From Candidatus Eiseniibacteriota bacterium (GTDB lineage: Bacteria; Eisenbacteria; RBG-16-71-46; JABDJR01): a DNA stretch of 64,000 bases. Of the stretch, positions 1 to 8,763 are shown piece after piece (the stretch's first letter is position 1; each line of letters starts with the position of its first letter). The notes under the pieces are model-generated. The model saw only the letters and a program-made list of their open reading frames with translations, was not told the origin of the DNA and did not search any database. Position numbers and translations under genes: made by a program. The stretch lies in contig CAVXKA010000001.1 of the NCBI GenBank assembly GCA_963762255.1, forward strand, positions 1,391,222 to 1,455,221, given 5' to 3'.

Positions 1-252
1 CTCGCGGTCGGGTGGGAGTTCGGTGAAGGCCGTGGGTTGATCCGCGTCGGGAGCCTGCTTGGGTTCGGAAATCGGCTTCGGTGTGAACACGAAGTCGATG
101 GGGGCAGCGTAGCGGGCCTCGACCGGCCGAGGGGCGAGAGGGCGGGCAACGTAGATACCGCCCAGGATCAGAGCGTGAAGTATGAGGGTCAGCACCGCGG
201 AGACGATCCACGCCCCGCGTTGGTTTCCCCGCTCTCGCGTCCGGCTGGTCAA
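1..252 (-). CDS. N-terminal part of a TonB-like single-pass membrane protein (runs off window start)
   Basis: My own translation from TTG at 252 (GAAGGGA upstream): ...NQRGAWIVSAVLTLILHALILGGIYVARPLAPRPVEARYAAPIDFVFTPKPISEPKQAP...; one TM segment then a Pro-rich stretch; no stop before base 1. Confidence 0.55.
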   Translation of the reverse strand, partial: MTSRTRERGNQRGAWIVSAVLTLILHALILGGIYVARPLAPRPVEARYAAPIDFVFTPKPISEPKQAPDADQPTAFTELPPDRE

Positions 253-292
253 CTGGATTCCCTTCGGTCCATCGCAGGTCCCGCGCCCGCGT

Positions 293-589
293 CTATTCGA
301 TGCCGAACCGCTTGAGCTTCTCGTAGAGGGTCCGCAGGCCGATGCCGAGTTCCTCGGCGGCGCGCCGGCAATTCCCGCCTACATCGGCCAGCACGCGACG
401 GATCGCCTCTTCCTCGATCTCCGCCATGGTCTGCGCGCAGCGCTTCCCTTTGGAAGAAACACCGATTCCATCGTCCATGTCCGCGCCGTGGACCGTGATC
501 TGCTGATCCTCAAAGTGCGTAATGGCGCCGTCCCCCTCCGCATTCTGGGCGTCGATCGCGACATGGGGACTCTCATCCGCAGGAAGCAT
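293..589 (-). CDS. Fis-type helix-turn-helix (HTH_8) protein
   Basis: C-terminus TMAEIEEEAIRRVLADVGGNCRRAAEELGIGLRTLYEKLKRFGI matches the Fis/NtrC HTH pattern; may be a stand-alone protein or a truncated regulator. Confidence 0.7.
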   Translation of the reverse strand: MLPADESPHVAIDAQNAEGDGAITHFEDQQITVHGADMDDGIGVSSKGKRCAQTMAEIEEEAIRRVLADVGGNCRRAAEELGIGLRTLYEKLKRFGIE

Positions 590-795
590 GCCGAGGCTCT
601 CCGACCGGTTTGATGAGGGTTCAGGGGTTCGGCAGGGTGGGGAAGCTGCCGAAACCGCAGGAGGACTGCGGAATCGGTAGGTCGCGGGGATCCTCCTCGC
701 CGGCTGACCTGTAGAATACGGATCAGGCGATCGGTGGACATCGCAGGCCGTTCGTCATTTCATCACATCATCGACCCCCGAAAGGAAATGCAATC

Positions 796-1242
796 ATGCC
801 GACCAACACCATTCAGCTTCACCGCGTGCTGCGTGCGACGCCCGAGAGAGTCTATCGGGCGTTCCTGGATCCCGACGCCATGGCCAAGTGGATTCCGCCG
901 AATGGATTCACCGGGAAGGTCCACCAGATGGATGCCAGGGTGGGCGGCACCCACAGGATGTCGTTCACGAACTTCAGCACCGGGAAGAGCGACTCGTTCG
1001 GCGGCAAGTACATCGAGCTGGTGCCGAACGAGCGCATTCGCTACACGGACGCGTTCGACAACCCGAACCTGCCCGGGGAAATGCAGGTGACCGTGACCTT
1101 CAAGAAGGTATCCGTCGGAACCGAGTTGACCATCGTGCAGGAGGGCGTGCCCGACGTCATTCCCCCCGAGGCCTGCTATCTAGGCTGGCAGGAATCGCTC
1201 GTGCTTCTGGCGAAGCTCGTCGAGGCGGATATTCCGGATTAG
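796..1242 (+). CDS. SRPBCC (AHSA1/START-like) family protein
   Basis: RVLRATPERVYRAFLDPDAMAKW...DARVGG...GKYIELVPNERIRYT...GWQESL; AAGGA upstream. Confidence 0.9.
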   Translation: MPTNTIQLHRVLRATPERVYRAFLDPDAMAKWIPPNGFTGKVHQMDARVGGTHRMSFTNFSTGKSDSFGGKYIELVPNERIRYTDAFDNPNLPGEMQVTVTFKKVSVGTELTIVQEGVPDVIPPEACYLGWQESLVLLAKLVEADIPD

Positions 1243-2361
1243 GGCGGGGCAGGGTCGTCAGGATCCGCCAGACGGTAGCTCGTGCTTCTCCCGCCGCCGG
1301 GATTCTTGACGAGGATACCTCGCTCCAGCAGCTCGCGGATGTCGCGGAGCGCCGTGTCGGTTGAACACTTGGCGAGCTTGGCGTACTTCGAAGTGGTGAG
1401 GTGGCCCTTGAACTCGTCCAGCATGCGATTGATGACGTCTCGCTGGCGATCGTTGATCGGGCCGCGGTTGATTCGCTGCCAGAGCTCGGCCTTGTGGAGC
1501 ACGGAGCCCAGCGTCTCTTGAGCATCCTCGATGGTGCGATCGAGACATGCGAGAAACCATGCCAGCCATCCGGTGATGTCGAGGCCGCCGCGCTGCGTGG
1601 ATTCGAGTTGATGGAAGTACTCCTTCCGCTCCCTCTCGATCCCCGAGGACATGCTGTAGAAACGGTCCTTCGTCCCGTCCGCACGCGATAGCGCCATGTC
1701 GGCGATTGCCCGCGCGATCCGGCCATTGCCGTCGTCGAAGGGGTGAATCGTCACGAACCAGAAGTGGGCGACTCCAGCCTTCAGCACCGGATCCACCTCG
1801 CAAGGGCCGTTGAACCACTCGAGGAATCTTTGCATTTCGGATTCGACGCGCTCGGCTGCAGGCACTTCGAAGTGCACGCGCTCGCGACCCATGGGGCCGG
1901 AGACGACCTGCATGGGACCGGCGTCCGCGGTTCGCCACGCTCCTACAGTGATCCGATGCATGCCGCTGCGTCCTGTCGGAAGCAGAGCGGCATGCCAATC
2001 CAGGAGGCGCGTCTTCGTGAGTGGGGCGTCGAAGTTGCGCGTGGCATCGAGCATCATCTCGACGACGCCTTCGACTTGCCGGCTCGGTTCGGGCAAGCCC
2101 GCGATGGGGAGTCCCAGCCGCCGCGCGATCGACGAACGGACTTCTTCGGGGTTGAGGTGCTCCCCTTCGATTGCCGAGGACTTGACGACCTCGTTCGTGA
2201 GCGCGGTCAGGCCGGCCTCCGCACGCAGATCGAATCCGAGGGCGCCCATTCTTCCCAGGTGTTTGCCCTGTTTGTGGCGCACGGCGGCCAGAGCCCCCGA
2301 GAGGGCCCCGCTGTCCCATGTCGAACTCCGGCCATCCGGGCCGCTCGTGAATGTAGATCAT
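1239..2361 (-). pseudogene. Fic family protein (DUF4172-Fic-HTH) with a +1 frameshift near 2319-2322 (true lesion or assembly indel)
   Basis: MIYIHERPGWPEF in one frame continues as WDSGALSGALAAVRHKQG... in another; Fic motif HPFDDGNGRIAR; C-terminal HTH (TTSKYAKLAKCSTDTALRDIRELL); RBS AGGAG upstream of ATG 2361. Confidence 0.85.
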
Positions 2362-2421
2362 AATCGCCGCATCTCCTGCGGTGATTATCGGTCGTATTCA
2401 CCGCATGTCAAGCGGTGAATA
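2360..2421. promoter_or_regulatory. Two tandem palindromic operator-like boxes over the Fic promoter and RBS
   Basis: ATAATCGCCGC-N7-GCGGTGATTAT (2360-2388; spacer holds the RBS) and TATTCACCGC-N7-GCGGTGAATA (2395-2421; spacer holds TTGACA on minus); GATAAT -10 lies 16 nt downstream of the -35. Confidence 0.7.
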
Positions 2422-2485
2422 GGTGCTTGGATCGCCGCAGACGGCCTTGGGGGATTCGGACCCATCTCGGCGGGAGGTCCTCCAG

Positions 2486-2525
2486 GAAAGCAAGAGCCCC
2501 CATCCCACCTGGGGATAGGGGCTCT
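2486..2525 (-). terminator. Intrinsic terminator, probably the original tRNA-Met terminator displaced by the insertion
   Basis: Minus strand AGAGCCCCUAUCCC/GGGAUGGGGGCUCU stem (arms 2493-2506 and 2512-2525, one G-U) followed by UGCUUUCC, 7 nt beyond the duplicated tRNA 3' end. Confidence 0.7.
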
Positions 2526-2532
2526 CAACGGT

Positions 2533-2544
2533 TGGTAGCGGGGG
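2533..2544 (+). repeat. att core, left copy (duplicated tRNA 3' end)
   Basis: TGGTAGCGGGGG, identical to 35118-35129 (reverse complement of CCCCCGCTACCA). Confidence 0.9.
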
Positions 2545-2647
2545 CGTACTTTGGAGCTATTCATAACATCCTTGGGGATCGCCTCAAGCGAACCGTTGTG
2601 ATCCCCCGCCGGACTTCCCGGTCCGGCCCGCAAAGTACCCCCAGACC

Positions 2648-2749
2648 ATCGTCACCATCGTCACTTTCCCGTAACCGAAAGGATGGTGGCTAGATGCGTA
2701 TGACGATCCTCAATTCCCGTACCGTCACCTACCCGCCGAGGACCGTCAC
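2648..2749. repeat. Iteron-like A(T/C)CGTCAC repeat cluster at the left end
   Basis: ATCGTCAC at 2648 and 2657, CCCGTAAC at 2668, inverted ATGACGAT at 2700, ACCGTCAC at 2721 and 2742. Confidence 0.55.
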
Positions 2750-3581
2750 TCGGCAAGCGAGGAGGCGATCCGGGAAGGGCCTTCAGTCTCGGGTTCACCG
2801 TTGGTGGAACCCCGGCCGCATTGTGCTCATGGCTATTGCTGTCCCAGTCCTCGCCGTTGCGCTCATGCCGGAGGCGGCGCAAGGGATCGTCATCCCGGCC
2901 CCGGTCAGGACGCGGGTGACCTGGTCGACGAGCCGCGCCGACACAACCAAGGTCAAGGTGACGTTCCTCTCGGAGGCCGAGCCGACCACCGGCAAGAACG
3001 GCGACCCGAACGGGATATACATCGCGGACCCCGCATCGAGCGCATCCCAACGCGCGGGGCTCATCTCCTGGGCCGAGTCTATCCCGGACTCCGTCCCGGC
3101 CACGTTCACGCGGGCCACGTTGACGCTGTACAGGCTCAACGCCACCGATGCTCCCGCCGTCTACGACACCCTCGAGATTGCCCCGGTGACCATCACTTGG
3201 AACGAGGCGAAAGCGACCTGGCTCAGCCGCGCAACGGGGAAGATTTGGTCGACGCCGGGCGGAGATGTGGACACCTCCCTTGCAGTGGTCATCCGGGCGG
3301 AGGACATCCCCAACCTCTGCTCCGGTGCTGTCGACTCCGCGGTGGTCCTCGACATCACCCCGATCGTTACTGCTTGGCGCGATCACGCAGTGGGCTCGTT
3401 CGGAGTGCGACTGGCATGGAAGGGCATGGGCGCTCCGGCGATCCGGTTCCACGACAACTCCGCCCCTGAAGCCCTGCGGCCGGCGCTCACCATCGAGACC
3501 ATCACGATCCGACGGCCAAGAGTCATCGGTCTGATCCGGCGGAGGGTCGGGCCCATCGGGGGGTGGGTGCGCCATGGATAG
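2694..3581 (+). CDS. Secreted DNRLRE/CBM96-like domain protein (start may be ATG 2829)
   Basis: Signal-like MAIAVPVLAVALMPEAAQG; motifs ATLTLY, TWNEAKATW, WSTPGGD, LDITPIVTAW, RPALTI. Confidence 0.65.
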   Translation: MRMTILNSRTVTYPPRTVTRQARRRSGKGLQSRVHRWWNPGRIVLMAIAVPVLAVALMPEAAQGIVIPAPVRTRVTWSTSRADTTKVKVTFLSEAEPTTGKNGDPNGIYIADPASSASQRAGLISWAESIPDSVPATFTRATLTLYRLNATDAPAVYDTLEIAPVTITWNEAKATWLSRATGKIWSTPGGDVDTSLAVVIRAEDIPNLCSGAVDSAVVLDITPIVTAWRDHAVGSFGVRLAWKGMGAPAIRFHDNSAPEALRPALTIETITIRRPRVIGLIRRRVGPIGGWVRHG

Positions 3582-3647
3582 CGACCGCCAACAACGCCGA
3601 ACGACCCGCGACCGGAGCCACGAGTCGTCGGCGGGAGCCGATGGCGA

Positions 3648-4142
3648 CTACTTCGCCCGCGCGTCGATGAGGCGCTGCAGGGCGTCGATGTCCCCGCGAG
3701 CGGCGGCGGCCACGAGGGTCCGCACGAACTTGCTGGCCTTCCCCGGCCCTGCGGCCTTGTGGATGGCGTCGCGCTCCTCAGGCGTCAACCTGAACGCGAA
3801 CACCACCAGGTCTTCCGTCGGTTCCGGCGTGGTGCCGTCCGTGGGCGCGTCGGAGGCGGTGGGGGCGACGACCGAGAGGCCCCGCGTCTTCGTGCCCGTG
3901 GGCTCGGGTCCGTCTGCGTCGTGCGCGTGTTGTGCGGCGACCGCCGCCGCCTCGGGGTGCCCCTCGCTCGCCAGGAACTCGGCGACGGTGGGCTTCGGGT
4001 CGGTGGAGGCGTCCACCTTCTGGATGCCGTCCTTGGTGACGAGCAGTTCGACGGTGGCCTCCGTCTCCGCCTGCTCGCGTGCCTTCTTCTCACGGGCCTG
4101 CCGGGCCTGGGTCATCGTCTCGTCGATCCGCTTCTTGCTCAT
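3648..4142 (-). CDS. Hypothetical protein with a C-terminal ribbon-helix-helix-like segment
   Basis: AGGAGG RBS before ATG 4142; LVVFAFRLTPEERDAIHKAAGPGKASKFVRTLV has a beta-helix-helix pattern; divergent from the MTase operon. Confidence 0.55.
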   Translation of the reverse strand: MSKKRIDETMTQARQAREKKAREQAETEATVELLVTKDGIQKVDASTDPKPTVAEFLASEGHPEAAAVAAQHAHDADGPEPTGTKTRGLSVVAPTASDAPTDGTTPEPTEDLVVFAFRLTPEERDAIHKAAGPGKASKFVRTLVAAAARGDIDALQRLIDARAK

Positions 4143-4226
4143 GGTCTCTACCTCCTGTGTGCGGCCGGGCTTCATGTCCGGCGCATCACAAGGAGTCCGC
4201 TGTTGCAGAGAGGAATCCACTGAATA

Positions 4227-5429
4227 ATGCGATCCACCAGAACAACGCCTCACCATCGCAAGCTTCACCTATGGTCGGCCCTGCCTCCGTATTTGGGCGG
4301 GAAACGACGCCTTTGTCCGACGATCTTCCGCGAAGTGGACCGGATCGTGCCAAGGCGCCACTGGCCCGGACTCACGTTCCTGGACGGGTTCCTGGGTGGC
4401 GGGTCGGTCTCTCTGTACGCCAAAGCGCAGGGCTTTCGCGTGGTGGCCACCGACATCGCCGCGCGCTCTATCGCCATTGGGCAAGCCTTGATCGAGAACA
4501 GCAGGGTGCGGCTCACGCACGAGGATGTGCTGCGGCTGGCCAAGGATGACGGCGCGGCACCGGGCCGAGTCGAGTCGGAGTACTCGCCGTCCACGTTCAC
4601 GCAGACCCAAGCGCGGTTCCTGGATCGCGCACTGCGCATCGCGGATGCCACCGAGGACACGGCGAAGGCGGCGCTCATCCGGTTGCTCGCCATCCGGATC
4701 GCTCTCCTGGCCCATCCGATGTCTCAGATCCGCAAGGGAACCATCCACCGGTTGACCACGGGCGAGTACGAGGGCATCACCGAGAGCTGCGTCTACCACT
4801 TCGTCGACGGGCTCCGGCTAACCCGTCCTGCGAAGTTGTGGGAGCTGGCACAGTTGATCAATGGCGGTGTGTTCCAAGGGGAAGGGCGGGTGATTCAGCA
4901 GAGCGTGTTCGAGGCGCTGCCCACGATCGACGCCGCCATACTGTACGGCGATCCGCCATATCCGGGAGTCATGAGCTACGAGAAAATTTATGGCGTCCTC
5001 GACGAGATCCTGGAGGGCAGTTCGCGCCCGACCAGTCCGTTCACCGCCAAGGACGGGGCCGGGATGCTCGACTCGCTCTTCGAGGCCGCCACCCACATCC
5101 CGGTCTGGGTGCTCTCGCTCGGCAACGCCGTGGTCGGCATCGAAGAACTCGAATCCAAGATGGCCCGGCTCGGCCGGCAGACCCGCGCCATCGAGATCGC
5201 TTACCAGCACTTGCCGGCGGTGGCGACCGCCGAGAAGAAGGCGACCAACAAGGAGTTCCTGGTCGTCGGCTGGGACGAAAGCGCTGTGGAGCGCATTGCC
5301 GCTTCCCGAGCAGATGTTCACGTGACCACTCCAGTCAGCAAACAAGCGGCGAAGCGGCGGAAAGCGCTGCCCAAGCGCTCCCGAAGCGCTGTTGCCCTCA
5401 CGTCCGGAAAGGAGAACGCCCGTGGCTGA
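4227..5429 (+). CDS. D12-class N6-adenine DNA methyltransferase
   Basis: PYLGGKRRL, SAM motif FLDGFLGGGSVSL, catalytic YGDPPY. Confidence 0.9.
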   Translation: MRSTRTTPHHRKLHLWSALPPYLGGKRRLCPTIFREVDRIVPRRHWPGLTFLDGFLGGGSVSLYAKAQGFRVVATDIAARSIAIGQALIENSRVRLTHEDVLRLAKDDGAAPGRVESEYSPSTFTQTQARFLDRALRIADATEDTAKAALIRLLAIRIALLAHPMSQIRKGTIHRLTTGEYEGITESCVYHFVDGLRLTRPAKLWELAQLINGGVFQGEGRVIQQSVFEALPTIDAAILYGDPPYPGVMSYEKIYGVLDEILEGSSRPTSPFTAKDGAGMLDSLFEAATHIPVWVLSLGNAVVGIEELESKMARLGRQTRAIEIAYQHLPAVATAEKKATNKEFLVVGWDESAVERIAASRADVHVTTPVSKQAAKRRKALPKRSRSAVALTSGKENARG

Positions 5430-6096
5430 ATCCATGATCGACAAACGAGTCGGTGCCAGGATGATCCCGATCGATGACCTGGTTGCCCATCCGCTCAACA
5501 GCAACCAGATGCCCGAGGACTTGCGCGAGAAGCTCAAGGTTCACATCGGACGAACGGGACGGTATCCATTCTTGGTGGTTCGTCCCCATCCAGACGAACC
5601 CGGCAAGTTCCAGGTGTTGGACGGCCATCACCGCGTTGCCATCCTCAAGGAGTTGGGTCACCGCGAAGCCCGGTGCGACGTGTGGGATGTGGATGACCGG
5701 GAGGCGAAGCTGCTGCTGGCCACCTTGAACCGCCTCCAGGGTCAGGACCAACCCATGCGGCGGGCGCAGTTGATCCACGAGTTGCTCGGCGAGATGAGCG
5801 TGGACGATCTGGCCGGACTGCTGCCCGAGACAGACAAGCAGTTGGAGGAACTCCACGCGCTCTTGGAGTTCCCTGCCGAGGAGATCGCCGCGCTGTTGGA
5901 GGCCGAAGCCGAGGAGGCCGAGAAGGTCTTGCCTCGGGTGATCTCGTTCGTCGTCACCCCCGAGCAGGAGACCTTGATCGAGCAGGCAGTCGAACTCGCC
6001 TCCGACGGCACCCCCGGTCGGGACCGGAAGGCCAAGGGTCTCGCCAACCTCGCCACCCACTTCATGGAGAACCACGATGACCATCCCGCGTCGTAA
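5422..6096 (+). CDS. ParB/Srx N-terminal domain protein
   Basis: IPIDDLVAHPLNSNQM...PFLVVRP...FQVLDGHHRV...LNRLQG; GTG 5422 with AGGAG RBS, overlapping the MTase stop. Confidence 0.85.
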   Translation: MAESMIDKRVGARMIPIDDLVAHPLNSNQMPEDLREKLKVHIGRTGRYPFLVVRPHPDEPGKFQVLDGHHRVAILKELGHREARCDVWDVDDREAKLLLATLNRLQGQDQPMRRAQLIHELLGEMSVDDLAGLLPETDKQLEELHALLEFPAEEIAALLEAEAEEAEKVLPRVISFVVTPEQETLIEQAVELASDGTPGRDRKAKGLANLATHFMENHDDHPAS

Positions 6097-6643
6097 GGTT
6101 CGTGAAGAAGCTCGCCGGCTGTACTTGGCCGGGGAGGCGTCGTCCAACGCCGAGATCGCCGCTCGCCTTCGGGTCAAACCTCACACCATCGGCAAGTGGC
6201 GGCGGGAGGAAGACTGGGATGGACTGCGGCTCAAGATCGACCGCCGCGCCGCGGAACTCTTCGTCGAGAAGATCGCCACCGACAAGGTGACGCTCAACGT
6301 CCGCCATTACCGGTTCTGGGATCTGTTGGCCGCCCGGTTGGGTGAAGACCTCAAGCGCAACACCACGTTCGACATCCGGGATCTGGACCGGGTGGCGGGG
6401 ATACTCGAGCGGGTGCAGAAGGGTCAGCGGTTGGCGAAGGGGCTCTCCACCTCGGGAGACAGCGAGGAGCAGATCCGAGCCAAGGCGGCCGCCGAGCAGC
6501 GGCATCTGGTGGATGTGTTCATCGAGGCGGTAAAAGAGAACGTCCCTGACGAGGAGACCCGGGACCGCATCCGCCGCTCGTTGATGGATGCCATGCCTGA
6601 AGAGGACGCGGTCGTGGATGAGGAACGGAGCGTGGCCGGATGA
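6077..6643 (+). CDS. Putative terminase small subunit (N-terminal HTH, DUF1804/gpP-like)
   Basis: REEARRLYLAG...AEIAARLRVKPHTIGKWRREEDWD HTH followed by a helical region; overlaps the TerL start. Confidence 0.65.
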   Translation: MTIPRRKVREEARRLYLAGEASSNAEIAARLRVKPHTIGKWRREEDWDGLRLKIDRRAAELFVEKIATDKVTLNVRHYRFWDLLAARLGEDLKRNTTFDIRDLDRVAGILERVQKGQRLAKGLSTSGDSEEQIRAKAAAEQRHLVDVFIEAVKENVPDEETRDRIRRSLMDAMPEEDAVVDEERSVAG

Positions 6644-8241
6644 GACGACCTGGGATCTCAGGATCGGGGTATGTTCGCAAGCGATCGATGGAGCTGGGGA
6701 CGCCGGCGACCCGCGCCTTGACCGATCCGCTGGCGGCGTGGGTCGTGAAGAAGATCCGTCTCGAAGGGCGACCGTTCCGGTTCGAGGGGCACGCGTACCT
6801 GCGCGCGATCTTCGACGACACCGCCGCGCACATCATACTCAGCAAGGCCGCGCAGATCGGCGGCACGACCTGGGCCATCCTGCGTAGCTTCCACGCCTGC
6901 CTGCAGGGGCTCAACGTCGGGTATTACTTCCCGACCCAGACCGATGTCTACGACTTCTCCCGGTCGCGGGTGGGACCACTGCTCAAGGACAATCCATTCC
7001 TTGCCGCCAAGCTTCAGGACACCGACACCGTGGGATTGAAGCGGATCGGGGATGCGAACCTCTACTTCCGAGGCATGAAGTCCTCCGTGGGAATGAAGTC
7101 CGTGCCGCTCGACATGTTGGTGTTCGATGAACTCGACGAGGCCACACCGGATGCGCGGGCGCTGGCTTGGGAGCGGATCGCGCACTCCGACTACAAGCGG
7201 GTGATCGAGTTGTCCAACCCATCCCTGCCCGGCTACGGGATCGACGAGCAGTACGAGAAGTCGGACCAGCGGCACTGGACCTTGAAGTGCCCGGCCTGTG
7301 GCGAGTGGACCTGCCTGGAGCGGGAGTTCCCCGCGAAACTCGGCCAGGAGGTCACCGTCATCCGTCAGCGCGACGACGGCACCTACTACCGCGCCTGCCC
7401 CAAGTGTGCCGGCGAACTCGACCTCGACCTGGGCGAGTGGGTCGCCGACTTCCCGGAGCGCGCCATCCACGGCTACCGGGTGAGCCAGCTGTTCTCGGTG
7501 AAGATGGACCCTGGCGAGATCCTTGACGAGTACCGTTGCACGCGGTTCCCGGAGCGGTTCTACAACTTGAAGATCGGTATCCCGTGGGCCGACCTCGAGC
7601 GCCGCCTCGACGTGCAGACCGTGCTCGACCTCTGCCGCACCGGCGAGGCTCCGTTCGGGTTCAACGTCATGGGAGTCGATACCGGCAAGGCCCTTCACGT
7701 CGTCATCCTGCGCACCAACGGGTACACCCTGCGACCGGCCCACATGATCCATGTCCAGGCCTGTCATGAGTTCGCCGAGCTGGACGCCCTCATGAAGCAG
7801 TACCGGGTGCGCAATGTCGTCATCGACGGGCTCCCCGAAACCCACTCCACCCGCGACTTCGCCCGACGCCATCGCGGGGATGTCTTCCTCAACTTCTTCA
7901 ACGAGAGCCAACGGGGGAGCGCCCGGTGGGATCGCTCGGAGCAGACCGTGTGCATCAACCGCACCGAAGCCCTGGATGCCTCGCGAGCGATCGTGCGCGA
8001 CAAGAAGCTGACGCTTCCGCCACGCAGTCCTGAGATCGAGGAGTTTGCCCGGCACATGAGCTGCGATGCCAAGGTGCTCGATGAGGACCCCGACACCGGC
8101 GCCCAGAAGTACCGCTACGTCCGCACCGGACCCGACCACTACTCGCTGGCGTTCACGTATGGGCTCATGGCCTTGGACGCGATGAGCATGCCTGTCAGCC
8201 CCGAGCAACGAGCATGGCTCAGTGGGATGCTCTATGGGTGA
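6640..8241 (+). CDS. Phage terminase large subunit (GpA family)
   Basis: ATPase motif SKAAQIGGTT, YYFPT, Walker B LVFDELDE, ELSNP, CPACG/CPKC Zn finger, RNase H-like MGVDTG...VIDG...PDHY; ORF intact. Confidence 0.9.
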   Translation: MRRPGISGSGYVRKRSMELGTPATRALTDPLAAWVVKKIRLEGRPFRFEGHAYLRAIFDDTAAHIILSKAAQIGGTTWAILRSFHACLQGLNVGYYFPTQTDVYDFSRSRVGPLLKDNPFLAAKLQDTDTVGLKRIGDANLYFRGMKSSVGMKSVPLDMLVFDELDEATPDARALAWERIAHSDYKRVIELSNPSLPGYGIDEQYEKSDQRHWTLKCPACGEWTCLEREFPAKLGQEVTVIRQRDDGTYYRACPKCAGELDLDLGEWVADFPERAIHGYRVSQLFSVKMDPGEILDEYRCTRFPERFYNLKIGIPWADLERRLDVQTVLDLCRTGEAPFGFNVMGVDTGKALHVVILRTNGYTLRPAHMIHVQACHEFAELDALMKQYRVRNVVIDGLPETHSTRDFARRHRGDVFLNFFNESQRGSARWDRSEQTVCINRTEALDASRAIVRDKKLTLPPRSPEIEEFARHMSCDAKVLDEDPDTGAQKYRYVRTGPDHYSLAFTYGLMALDAMSMPVSPEQRAWLSGMLYG

Positions 8242-8284
8242 CCCAGATCCGTCGACCGGTGACGCGTTCCCGTCGGTGTCTTGG

Positions 8285-8430
8285 AGCCCCTCCGGACCCC
8301 TCTGGAGGGGCTGAAATCGCTCCCAAACGGGCTCCGAGGGATCAAATTGGTTCCCGACGGGCCGGTTTGGGACGAAATTCGGTCCCTCGGAGGCCCAAAA
8401 CCCCCAGAAAAGCGGCATGGTTTTGGGGGT
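8285..8430. repeat. Cluster of inverted repeats directly after terL
   Basis: AGCCCCTCCGG/CTGGAGGGGCT (8285-8312); CTCCGAGGGA/TCCCTCGGAG (8332-8341, 8383-8392); CCAAAACC/GGTTTTGG (8395-8402, 8419-8426). Confidence 0.6.
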
Positions 8431-8763
8431 TCTGCCCAGATCTGCCGTTCTCGGTGGTGAGGTCAAAACGCTGCAACCCCTTGAAATCAAGAGACTAAGG
8501 GGAACACTCCGTCACCTGCGAGCTGGCCGAGGCGTGAAATATCCGGCCGAAACCTGCCACTTATCTGCCCTTGCCGCGCCCCGGACGAGCCCAGAATGCC
8601 GCTCGTCTGCCCCTTGCCACATGTCGTCTTCTCACAGAAAGGCGAACTGTTCGATCTGGCTCCTAGCCTCCTTGCGCCTAGACATCTCGATCACTCATCT
8701 ATTGCGTTGGAACAACTGACGTGTTCTTCTGAGATGCAGGATCTTCCTACTTCACGAGTGACT

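Noticed and set aside
1-2532. Extending the element leftwards to include Fic and SRPBCC
   Set aside because: The att core and displaced tRNA terminator place the boundary at 2533; these genes could belong to an older island, but nothing here shows it.
6658-8490. Long antisense and alternate-frame ORFs (e.g. 6658-8490, 45742-47703, 50525-52447, 57557-60847)
   Set aside because: They shadow well-supported genes, have no motifs, and are expected in high-GC DNA.
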